In this document: in pieces, positions 52,035 through 64,000 of the stretch
Layout of the letters: the number at the start of each line of letters is the position of its first letter
How positions within the stretch are numbered: position 1 is the first letter of the stretch
Origin: Octopus vulgaris
Taxonomy: Eukaryota
Length of the DNA stretch: 64,000 nucleotides
Assembly (NCBI GenBank): GCA_951406725.2
Contig: OX597815.1
Coordinates: forward strand, 89,900,001 to 89,964,000
Reading direction: 5' to 3'
The notes under the pieces: generated by a model
Seen by the model: the letters and a program-made list of their open reading frames with translations, nothing else
Databases searched by the model: none
What the model was told of the DNA's origin: nothing
Position numbers and translations under genes: made by a program

Positions 52035-54346
52035 AAGAAAGAAAGAAAGAAAGAGAAAGACTGACAGGGGCAAAAGGCAGACTGAAAGAGAGACAGAGAG
52101 TCACAGAGAAAGAGAGAAGGTACTTTTCATAGAATTGTAATCATTGAATTTTAAAATACGCTTGAAATTTAGTAGAACATAAATATTTCCCTTTGATCAC
52201 ATTCTTCTTTCAACTGAATTACTGACGTCTATTTTTATTTTTTCAACAATGCAACTAAGGCAAACGCATTGGTTCGCCACAAAGAAACCTTGGTTAGCTA
52301 ATGAAAGCCAAATCAATATTCTTGGCAAAGAACGCTTTGCATAGTTTGGTATTTTCAGATTCGTTAATACAAATTTAAATAACATCCAGTCTCTTAAGCA
52401 ATTCATCTCTTCTGCCGAAAAAATCAAAGAAGTAGTAAACATGTAAGTAGTGCATATAAAATGATTACTTACACATAGTGGCCTCGATTCAACCGATTTC
52501 AAAATTTATCAAGCAATGTAGGGCAGGCTGATCAAAATATTTACAAGTTTTTTCACATGTAGTGGATAATCTATTGCTAGTAGGTTTCCAACATCTGACA
52601 CAAAAGTTGTAGCCTATTGTCATTAAACTTCTTGAACATTTGCTATTGTCACCTATTCAGTAACTATAAAGGATAAATTAAAGCATATGTCTTGTTTAAG
52701 CGTTATTAGGCCTGGGCATGTTGGTCAGAGAAACTTCCTTTAAGATAATAGTTTGTTATCAAACACTGAATATCCCAAAACGAGGCTATTTTTATCGTCT
52801 GGTTTTGAGTTAGTCGGTGTTATTTTTCTTTAACAATCTACGTATTAAAAGGATTCTCCTAGGACGAAATACCGTAGCCTGAAAGCGTTTAATCAAAACA
52901 TGCACAATAAGCATCTAACATCGATAATGTTTACATTATTGGAACTACTTCTGACTTAAAATTGAACAATAACGTCATCTGAGCGAAATCATTTTTTTCA
53001 TAAGTGTTAAATTACTGGTGCAAATGAGTATTCATAGATATTTCTAGCAACTAATGAGAAAGTAGAAGATTCGTAACAACACTGTATGTGATCAAAACCA
53101 TTAATTTTCAACAATAGTGTTTATATATGTACTGTAAACGATATATTTCACTGCTTCAAGTACGGTCTAGAGAGGAATTGACGACTGATCAGTAGCCGTG
53201 CATGGTTAATTTCAATACGTTTAAGAAAATTACGTAAAAGATCGTGTTATTTTATATACGGCAGGGTGATGCTCAGTAGAATAAGGAGTGTGCAAGCACA
53301 ATTTATGAACGAAAGGCTTTAAGACTACTCGAAATGAAAAATCTGAAGAACTATTTCCCAATATATTCCTTTAGAATAGTAATAATACTAATTTCCAAGA
53401 TGCATAAAGCTAATGATTAACTAAAAGAAGTCCAAAGTGCTTATATTGAATTCAGTTAGTTGTAAATATTGGTAACTTTTATCGGAAAGGTTACCTCTAA
53501 ACTTCAATAGAGCCATAAATGTATATTACACGACTGTAAAATTTTTCACAATAGTCAACCCTGGATTTTCTAACACATATTATTTCATGTGTCTTTCTAA
53601 ACATTATGAAGTTGTTTTCGTATATTATATTTATGCATATATTTCATGTCCCCCATCATTGCAATATTTTTTGGGCATGTCAAATAACTGTTGTTCCCCA
53701 TCACCTTCTGAAAGTGTTGTATATATCCCTAGAATTTATTGCCTTCTCGCTTCCTATTTCACGCAAGTCTTACGATACATTCCTTTGTAATATTTCGCAT
53801 ATATTTGCATAAATTGCCCCTAAAATAGCTTAGTCTAACAAAAGGATTACAAGTAGCTGACATAGATCAGGAAAATGCTTTAAAGCCTTAATATCAAATA
53901 TTAAATTCAAACAGTGTTCCTAAGTATTATGAAAAAATTGTTTTTCCGACTTCTGCAATATACAACTGAAGGAAAATGAAATAAATATGTTTCTGAATAA
54001 CACACAGTTTGATATATTACCATTTTAAACTTCCAAGAATGTGATATGCCACGAATGAAATATCATTGGTTTTAATAGAAAGGATTATGTTTTGATGTCT
54101 GTGCAAGTAGTAACCACAAAACATTGCTATATATAAGAGAAGAGCAATAACAAAAGCGAGAAATAGGGTTTATGTGTATTTTGATGGCTATAACAACAGA
54201 GATGTATTACTTAGATCTCAAACCGAATTGTAACCATTGACTAATTTAACAACATTACAAGGGTTTTGGAGATCAAGGGTTTTCCACAGAGGCATGGTCA
54301 TATATCTAGTTATATGTGTATGTGTGTATGTATGTATTTATGTGTA

Positions 54347-54398
<52 letters not shown>

Positions 54399-54480
54399 TA
54401 TGCATGTATGTATATCATATTCTTCTTCTCTTTCTCTCACTCTTTCACACACGCGTTTTTCCTCTTCACATAGAGATACA

Positions 54481-54526
<46 letters not shown>

Positions 54527-54764
54527 GTATATATGTTCCATTATAGTGAAACAAGCATTTTCCAAACATATTAGGTGTATTCACATCAACGTATGTGTGT
54601 CTGCACACACGTACAAAGACACGCACATACACATAGACTTATGCACACGTGCACACACAAATATATATGAAAGTACTTATAAAATACATATTTTTATGCA
54701 TGCAAACGTAGACGCATAAGCACCCCTCCTCATATATGCATATAAATACACACACATAGATACA

Positions 54765-54798
<34 letters not shown>

Positions 54799-55135
54799 CA
54801 TACATACATACACACATACATACATAGATGCAGGCGCCAGACATAAAGGAACTCATATACACAAACGTACATGCTCAAAAACGTATATACGTATGTATAT
54901 ACAGTATTAAGATAAACAGACACATATAAATAAATAAATAAATAAATAATAAATTGATGTATATCTTTTATTCAAGTTTTATCTTTTACTTGTTTCAGAC
55001 ATTAGACTACGGCTATACTGGAGTACCGCCTTGAAGAATTTCATTGAACTAATCGACCACAGTAGTTTTTATATTGTTGTATTTCGGGATGGTCACCTTT
55101 TTTTTGGGGGGGGGGGCAAATTTTAACTTATATCC

Positions 55136-55183
55136 ATTGTCCGGATATCTTTCGTCTCACATCTCTGACCTCTTCAGCAACAC
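55136..55183 (-). ncRNA. Candidate Type I hammerhead motif
   Basis: Minus strand tgttg-CTGAAGA-ggtc...gac-GAAA-gatatc-cggaca; the stem I / cleavage-triplet register is ambiguous. Confidence 0.5.
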
Positions 55184-55899
55184 TTTTTGTTTTCGTGTGA
55201 GTTCATGTTCCTCTTACTCCATTCTGTTCTTCTAAGGTGTGTATACTTATGTGCGCATGCGATTGTGTCCTTACTTGTTTTGTTTGTTTGTGTGTGTGTG
55301 TGTATGTGTGTGTGTATGTGTGTGTGTGCGTGTGCGGATGTGCATATGTGTATGTGTATGCTTGTATACGTGTCATAGATTGTAGCAGCAGTGTGGGCTT
55401 CCCCACAGCAACGCTATCCTCTCACTCCATTGTGCTGCTGCTGTCCTAAGACCCTAAAAATAAGGTACAGTTCCTGTATTCTTCTGTGTATGTGTTCGCC
55501 CACGGTGTTGTCATCATGGTAGTGGTTGTTGTTGTTATTGTCATCGTTGTCATTGCTGCTGCTGCATGTTGTTGCTAATCTTGTTAGTCGTTCAACAAAA
55601 GAGTTTGTATCTCTCAACTGACAAATGACGATATAGAAGCACGCTTCACCATAGCCAAAACTGTACCATAGTAGACGGAGTGGTAGAGAGGCTCAACAAC
55701 TCGACATGAAGTCCGTAGGTGGCTTGCGCAGGCCGATACAGCGCACAAGGTCCTGCAGGATGTCGGTGGACATCCTACTGAACTACATCCAGGCAATGCA
55801 GCCCCACATCACCAATATGGAGGAAACAACGATACGGGAGTTAGGAGAACGAGAGTTCTTCAATGCTCATATGAAGATGTAGTTAAACATCCTAGGGGT

Positions 55900-57380
55900 A
55901 AAGAAGCGCACGGCCAACAACTTTCAGGGCGCCAACTACGACATCCCGTCACTGTATTGACTACGCAAGGACCATGAGATGATCAATGACCCAATCACAG
56001 GACCACCGACGTGACCGGTCTGCGGAGCCAATGTTGCTAACAACTACCAGATCTACTTCTTCGCAATGAGCATAGGCCCTCTGATAAAAATTTCCCCAGA
56101 TGTGTGTGACCGCAAGGAGGACTTCCCCAGCAGAATCAATGATTGTAACCATGCCTATGATCTAACAGGATGCATAATAAAAAGTATGGATGTAATCTCC
56201 CTATATCTATCCATTGATGTTGATATTGCTGTGGACAAATGTGTGAATGTGATGAGCGAGAGCCATGTGGAGTTCCGTGGTGTTGACACTGAAGAACTAG
56301 GCCTCCTCCTGAGACTGGCATGCCACAATAACTACTTAGATAAACATCACTTTAGTTGTTTCTGCACCACAAGATCGATAAGAGGTAGACCCCCAACTAT
56401 AACTTCTATGGCCAAGAAAACCCCAAAAGAGAACTGTACGGACCACCGAAAATAAAGATCAGATTAAAAAGATAGTCGCACATGCGGTGGGTGCGAGTAC
56501 CAAGACCACACTCAAGGGCCATATATTTAAGTTTAATAAGAAGATATACGCCCACGACGAAGGTGCAGCCATCGGTGTCAGTTTCTCTTGCGATGGGGTT
56601 AACCTTTTTATGGTATGGTGAGATAGGAGACTTAAAGAGAAATTAGCAGCAAACTCCATAAACCTGACCATATACTCCCACTACGTGAATGATATCAACA
56701 TAATAGCCAAAGCATCCCTACAAGACAATGTTAATGATCTAGAAGCCAATACTGTGGAGAGCATCCAGCAAATAGCTAATTCCATCCCCCAGAGTACAGA
56801 AATAACGATAGACTACCCTAGTAATCCCCCTAACTATACATTACCCGTTTTAGACTCTGAACTGTGGCTAAAAATGAAGAACGATAAGGTCCAGATCCCT
56901 CACTCTCATTATGCCAAAAACATGGCCTCTAAGTACCTTGTTCAAAAGTAAGCAGCTATTGCAGACAACGCCAAGTTCAACATTCTCGTAGCTGACTTGG
57001 TGAGTGTGATGAGAAATGTGTCTCGTAAGTGCGACCCTATGGAATTGGAAAGACACATATAACACTTGATCCACCGCATGCAATTCTCTGGCTACAACCA
57101 AAGTGACAGAATTAGAGTGTGCAAAGGCGTCAGGACTAAGTACAAGGCCATTATAGAGAGTGATGCCAAGTGTATCTGCCCGCTATACAAGAGTAAATCC
57201 TGGAAGAGGACAGAAAGGACCAGTAATAAGATAAATAAGGCAAACAATTGGTAGGGCAACAAAAAAATACCAGAGTGTCATGTTCGTCGATGCTTCCCTT
57301 TGCGTTGAACTAGCATACCTTTCCAGAATGTACGTTTGCTACTGATGAAATACATGTACGCAGAAATCACGTGATCTAGC
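55900..57380 (+). mobile_element. Penelope-like RT of a divergent clade, decayed, followed by a hammerhead
   Basis: SMDVISLYLSID; FKFNKKIY...GAAIG; YVNDI; DYPSN...LPVLDSELW; HYAKNMAS; RMQFSGY; PLYKSKSW; VMFVD. Confidence 0.8.
57338..57380 (+). ncRNA. Minimal Type I hammerhead ribozyme motif
   Basis: gcta-CTGATGA-aatacatgtacgca-GAAA-tcacgtga-TC-tagc; stem III Atcacgtgat is a palindrome; base of stem II is damaged. Confidence 0.75.
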
Positions 57381-58450
57381 TATTCCACCACCTACGCTAG
57401 GCGATTCTCGTCTGCTAACGATATGCTTGTGCTTCTTAGTGCATTACCTCTATATGAAATGAGCTCATAAGTCGGATACAGCAGTAACATTGCATTGTAA
57501 TAACAAAACCATGTTAGGTTGGATAGAAAGATTGCCATTCGGTATTAATACAGATTTCGTCACTAATATCTCATTTTATTTCTCTGTTCTGCATGATTAT
57601 CGAGAATAAAAGGATGATATTAAAACCTTGTTAGATTTCAATAAACTTTGCGAATGAGATGCTTTTATTAATATTAAGTTATTAAAATGAACGACTAAGT
57701 GAAGAACGCCAGGGTCCAAGAACCTAATAATCTGTTTTCTATTATTGTTTCAGTTTCATAAATATATATACACATATACTCATATACATATACATCTTAC
57801 GTGTCTACATAAGCATGCACATACAGTATATACAGTAGAGAGACGGAAATGATTCGAAACAGTACAATATTAATTGATCTACTTTGACATCAACTCCACA
57901 GATAGTCGTTGCTATGAACTTGTATCGCTGTGAATTATACAAACAGTAATAATGGCTCTGACAAAGCAACAAAGAAAATATGTGGTATTTACCAAAAGTT
58001 GGCTTGACCATTTACTTGTTAGTAGCTGTTGAACTAAAGATAGTCCATTGTTTAATGGCAGTTATTAACTTAATGATTGATTAGTTGGTATATTAATCAC
58101 TAGGAACTCCCGAAGAAAGGAAGGGCTCACATTATAGTTCACTAAGAAATCTTACGTTTCTTTGTAATGTAGTCAAATTTATATTCATCATAGGTTAGAT
58201 AGCTTGACATAATCACTGAGTGTGCATAACATCTCAATATTCAGTAATGAAACATATAATCACACAAACACACACACACACACATACACACACACACACA
58301 CACACTCATACATGCACACATACACAGTCATAAACGCACATACACTCATACATACACATGCTCATACACACATACACAAATACTCATACACTTATATAAA
58401 CTCACACAAATACATACACCCATACACACATACGCAGACTCATACACATG

Positions 58451-58505
<55 letters not shown>

Positions 58506-60559
58506 TCACACACACGTACATATATATATATACACACACACAGACTCTCATACACACACACACAAACACAGATTCACACTTCTGTACAAATACACACAAT
58601 TGTGTACTAATATGACATGAACAACCGTTACACGAGCGCAAGTTTATACACTGCGCACATATATACACAGATACACACATCGGGAAACCTACAAACCCCA
58701 AGTGCTGTCTTGAATCCGGCATGAAAAAAATCTTAGACGTATTCCAAAGTAAAATGTACACACACCTAGCTCCCAAACGTACGCACACACACTCACACAC
58801 ACACATGCACAGACACATACACACACAACACATATATAATTATTTACTTGTTTCTTTAAGCGAAGCATTACTTCAAATGACTATTATAAATTAAGGGTGA
58901 ATTTTTCATAGAAAAGCAATAAGTAGTGAATATTTTTGCATTCATTTAGAGCAAAAATGTACAGCATATGTCAGGACCATGTATATATAACTTTTATTTG
59001 AACTATGTATCTCCTAAACCATACCGTTAGTTATAGATATCTAATGGACATATACTTAGTTCGTTGCTTTTTTATGCAGTGTGACAAGAGCCTGTCTATT
59101 AAACCCAAACAGGATGGTCGGTTGGAAGACGTATTAACAGAAGCAAACAAAACGAAAGTGTTTAAATAAGTAATAAAGAAATATTGACAGGATACACTGC
59201 AGGTGATGAGGCGAGTCATTCGAAGGAGAAGAGTGTTCTCCTTTCACGCGAAGGAGAGAATTTCTCTTCTCTTTCTTCTTCCTATGAAAGTGATTCTACC
59301 TCGCTTGAAGAAGAGTACCAATTGTATGAGGAAGATTCTACCTCCTTTCAAAGTTAGCCCATACCAAGGGAGGGAAATACATCGACTTCCCAATTGAAAC
59401 GATTTTCACAGACATTCAAAATAGGCAATACAAATTCGTAGTACACATATTTGGACTGCAACAAAACAAACCAAACGATTCGAAAGTCGATGGTAGATGA
59501 GATTAAATCTAAAAAACAAACAAATAACGATTTGAAAAATTACTCTACAACATATAACTTTACATGTAATCTCTTCACCAGATAAGGGCCTTTCACTCCG
59601 ACCAAGTCACCCTTCACAGAGGATTCTAGAAACACCAGCATCAAAGGATTCGTATAATGAAAATATAACCGTAGAAGTCTGGTATCCGAATCAACAAAAG
59701 TATAAGATCAAAACTTTACATATAATTTTTGTTTTAATCGTTGTTTTAAAGTAATTATTTTACTAATTAAAAATATTTGTATCTTTTATGTTTTAAACTC
59801 GTGCCATTACATTTACGGTACAGTTCTTTCATCGCAGCCCTTTCAAAATATTCTGTAGATAAGAATAGCACAGGATGCCCACATTTTAAAAATGTCGTTT
59901 ACAGTGTCCTAGAATTTTTGATCTGTACGGTCTATCCAGATAGCATTCGTAGGTAGGGACACAGTTACTGGAAGTTGAACGCCTCAATCCAGTTTATAGA
60001 GACCAGATTAGTGAATTACTTTAGAAGGTACAAAGGAAGCAATCGCCTTGAAAAAGTTATTCGAATAAATATAATAATGTTTAGTAATGTCGTAGCGAAA
60101 AAGAAAATGAATAGAAGGCTTAGTTGGAAACTTAGAAAAGGTGCTTAGAAAATTGATGTGCTTGTGGCGAGATTGGCCCATTACCAATTCCTTGACGCAA
60201 AGCACCAAGATTGCATCCTCGGAGTTCAGGCGCAATATTTGCTTTTATATACCATACTTGTTGGGAGAGCTTGTATCAGGTAACAACCGCAACAAGCAGC
60301 AGAAATGGTAGAATTCCCAGTTCTGTATGTCAAGGATGAGTAGCGATGCTGATAAAAGACCCATAAAATGGGAATTACATTGATAATTTTAGGTCCATAA
60401 TTCTGTGAAACGCAGATTTCAAACTTTTGACCAAATTGTTAGCAAAGATATATCCATGACAACCTCCACTTCATATCAAATATCAATGAGAAGTTGGCTA
60501 AAGACTTATCACGAGTGTGACCCTAATCAATATTAGAGCAATCAAAAGTTCTTGATAAG

Positions 60560-61680
60560 TTCGACAACCAATACTTGGTGGCTATTCTCACGGTAGCCGG
60601 TTTCGGTCTCTGCTTCCGCTTTTGGATTACCGCAATGTTCTTCGATATCTTTTCCGCGTTCTGGGTCTATGGTCACCTATCGGTACTGTTCAATGTCTTG
60701 CACATTGGTTGGTCCAGGTTATTGTTTCTCGTCTACTCTGTATGCACTAATACTTGGGCATGTCGTGCGGAAACTACAGACATTCAGTAACATCCTGCGT
60801 GAGCTAGAACTTGGAAGAACCATGTTGTATATGGATGAAGGTTACTGTCAAGCAAATCGATGTGTTCAGCCCTGCTCAAAGTGACTTGGAGTCGGTGCCC
60901 AGAGCAAAATCAAAGAAAAGTCAGAGAGCTTGCAACTGGGCACTCGGAGGAGTAGGTCCGTACCGTACAACAGTGTCATGGAGTGCTGAATGAACTGACC
61001 GTTTAAACTACTCCGGGTCAGAATAACAAGTGGAGAATTACTGGGACGAGATGACGAGCAGAGTGGTCAGTCTCACCTAGGCATGGGCGAAGAGAAAACG
61101 ATTCCTGAAAGGCTAAGCGGTGTTGGGGAATGATTACATCAGCTTCGTCATATATTACCGCCTGACCGTTTTACTTTAAACCGGTTCACGATTCACCGAA
61201 ATGGAAACGCTTAGTCATTCGCTTTCTGCGGAAGGGATGTGTTCCACAAATCAGTCACTCCATTTGTTTCCAACGCCCTCTAAGTGGAGGAATGACCATG
61301 CCGTAGCTGATGAATTATAGACATTCGCTGAACCTACGATATCTCCAGAGTTTCATTGACGGTAAGCAGGTGTAGTCGGTGTTCATCAGACTCACTTTTC
61401 AACAGCTCGTCCCTATGACTGAGCTGTAACCTGGATCAAACGTATACCAAGGCAGGGTGCCTGGTGCCTTGAGTTTTGTCTGGCATTCACAGCCCTCTCT
61501 CAGTCGGAAATGCATTCGGTTGAAGTTTCACATTGGTGCTCAAAGAAGTGCAACGAAGTCTTCAACGATATTCTGGTCGTCTACGACAATTATCTGGCTG
61601 GTCTGTTCCAGAACATGCACCTGTAGATCAAGAGAGTAGAGTGGTGAGAGTGCTCTTGCACTAGTGGTCAACTTGACCAA
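60560..61680 (-). mobile_element. Highly decayed Gypsy-like pol remnant
   Basis: Minus-strand FNRMHFRL (compare FxRMPFGL), a TTL..DL segment and an ETDH RNase H-like motif; GC content higher than flanks. Confidence 0.35.
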
Positions 61681-61924
61681 TATTTTGTGGGGTTTCTAAG
61701 AGGAACTCACGGAAACTTCTCTCTTTGGCAGAATTATTTCTTGATTTATATTTTGTTTCTCTGTTTCAGTTATTTTACTTATTACCCGCTTTTACGTACG
61801 TCCACATTGTATTGTATATTCCTGTACCGCCCTTGCTCCTCTTGTAAACCTTTAGTCGTTAATAAAAAATCATTGCTAGTTGTAGTATTAGCATTATTAT
61901 TCAAAATACTTGCAATTTTCGATG

Positions 61925-62020
61925 GGAGAGGTTTAGCTGATATCATCGACACCAGTACTATACTGGTACATTATTTTATCGACCTCGAAAAGTTGAAATG
62001 CAAGGTTGAGCTTAAGATAT
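61925..62020 (-). mobile_element. SINE central-domain fragment
   Basis: atcgacaccagta...ctggtac...ttttatcgacctcgaaaagttgaaatgcaaggttga matches 12884-12950. Confidence 0.6.
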
Positions 62021-64000
62021 AAAGAACCAGACATATTTTTTATTCTATTTGATATTACAATTGTTATCGTAATTCTCATTATTATTACAACGAAATATGT
62101 AAATATTAAATGGAATCTTCTTGCAAAATATTTTTTTAAAATCAATGCACTAGGCAAAAAAATAAAATTCTTGTAATTTCGGTTATGCATTCATGTTTAA
62201 TAAATACAGTGTAAGAATGATGCATTATTGTGTGCTAAAACTATTATTGTGATTTCATGGAAAGTACATGTGTGTAACCTTATCCTCACAGTAGTGGTTT
62301 CATATCCTTCAGCTAATTAAAAATGGCATGATTGACGCATAACTTAACGGCTATAAGGTGTTAAATTCTACAATTAGATCGACGTAATTCATTTAATTTT
62401 CACCTCGCTTCCGCAAACTATTCGGTATTGTTATATCGATAAGTTACACGCTGTTATCATCATTCTTTCTGGGAATATTTTCAAGTTAATCGTGTGCTAA
62501 TAATCATCTGATCGCCATGATACTATATAATATTTTCGTATTTTCTTTTTTTATTTATGTTCTAAGTCATGCGAAGTTTTAATACAAAAGAGTGTTTGTT
62601 CGAAATATTAACCAAGTAAATGCGTCTTCAGGTTTTAATTGGTTCGAAAACATAACTCTTTTCTTAGATGAATCTTATTGCTGAGAGTATAATGACTTAG
62701 CTATGTTTTTCTGACCACCATGAAATTTATATAAAAGGTGTTCTTGGGACCTAAAAAAGTAGTTGGTGGCATGACATTTTCCTTGTAATGTTTCCTGAAA
62801 CTCAGGAATCACCTCTCTTTGATGTATAGGTTTGTGGCAAACTTATTGTGTAATATGTAATGCTTCTATATACGTATCAGGTATTAGTTGATTGTATTTA
62901 CTTTTTAACGCGCCATTAAACTAGCAAAGAGCTATGCTTTGAAACTGACGCAAATAAATTTCTTTTGCCATTGCGATGAGTTCTTAAAATTGTCTTGAAT
63001 TTGACAAAATAGTCATCATTTTGTTCTGATACCTTTCGCATTTGTGATCAAGTATATATTGAATTATTTGAGTGTATTCTCTCTTCATAGAGTACAAACT
63101 CATATTTTCTTTTTAACGTCTTATGTTTAACTATTTACATTTCTTTATTGCAAACAACATTTTAATATTTTGCTAAATTGTTTGACAATGCTAAAGATAT
63201 ATTCTTAAACTTTGATGGTTTACAGCATATAGTTTTAAACCATCCCTGAAAAGGATTTGGCAGCTGATCATAGTCTCGCTCTCGTCTTAGTATTCCATAT
63301 CGACATTTTTAACCAGCAGAAAGGTAATAAATAAGCATAGAAATAAATAAAGAGAAAAGGTTTTGATATGTTAAACTATATAGTTTTGTGTGACTGGAGA
63401 TTACAGTTGTAACGGTGTTACTGACGTTTTTTCACTTTTGTTTTAAAGATTTTCATCGCGGTTTCTTTCAATTGACATACTTCGTACGTATTGACGAGAT
63501 TATTAACAGGATCCGCCAGTAACTTATTACACATCTAATAGCTCATCGTGTGTTCTTGCAAAATATTTTAAACAAACAATTTCTGATGCCTTTTGTAACT
63601 TCTGAGCTACATCATGATTGTTCAAATGCTGTGTTTGTTGTTATGAAAAATAATACGCCCCGCCCCAAATACTTGAACTTGTTTATCTATTGACTATAAT
63701 TTCCCACGTGAGGATATGCTTATTCTCAAGAACAATACATTATAAACCTAAATAATGAACATAGTGTTGCATAATATAAGATAATTATTAACATTAAAGA
63801 CAAAAAAGTGCATTACTGACTAAGGAACCGAGATTTTGTCTCTGATATTATCAAATACCTTAATAGAAAAAAAGCAATTTGGTTATACATTGTAGTTAAG
63901 GACTGGATCATATGCTTCTGAGTTAATGTAATTGGAAAATAGAAATGGGAAGATGTACCGAAAACACCGTTTGTATCGTTTTTGGATCTTTGATAAATAT

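Noticed and set aside
56619-56621. In-frame TGA in the PLE RT as a possible selenocysteine codon (reported for some Naiad PLEs)
   Set aside because: It appears to replace a Trp (WW to W*), the copy has other stops and frameshifts, and I saw no SECIS element

Overview
AT-rich, microsatellite-dense eukaryotic DNA with no supportable host protein-coding exon. The SINE families and the density of (TA)n/(TATC)n/(TATG)n tracts suggest an octopus or other coleoid cephalopod genome (inference, not checked). Most long ORFs in the track are microsatellite artefacts. The recognisable content is decayed transposable elements: six Penelope-like retroelement (PLE) fragments, two R4/Dong-like LINEs, a CRE-like LINE, an ORF1-only Tx1/L1-like element, Tc1, Gypsy and RTE remnants, many tRNA-derived SINEs and MITEs. 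The main hidden signal is a large set (about 15-20 loci by eye, many degenerate) of minimal Type I hammerhead ribozyme (HHR) motifs with palindromic stem III. Several carry the compensatory U3-A8 core (TTGANAA). They sit in PLE pseudo-LTRs (pLTRs) and in short fold-back insertions whose turn-around points often fall on the ribozyme. One pLTR also carries a tRNA-like Pol III head upstream of its hammerhead. All calls were read by eye; no database search or folding program was run.
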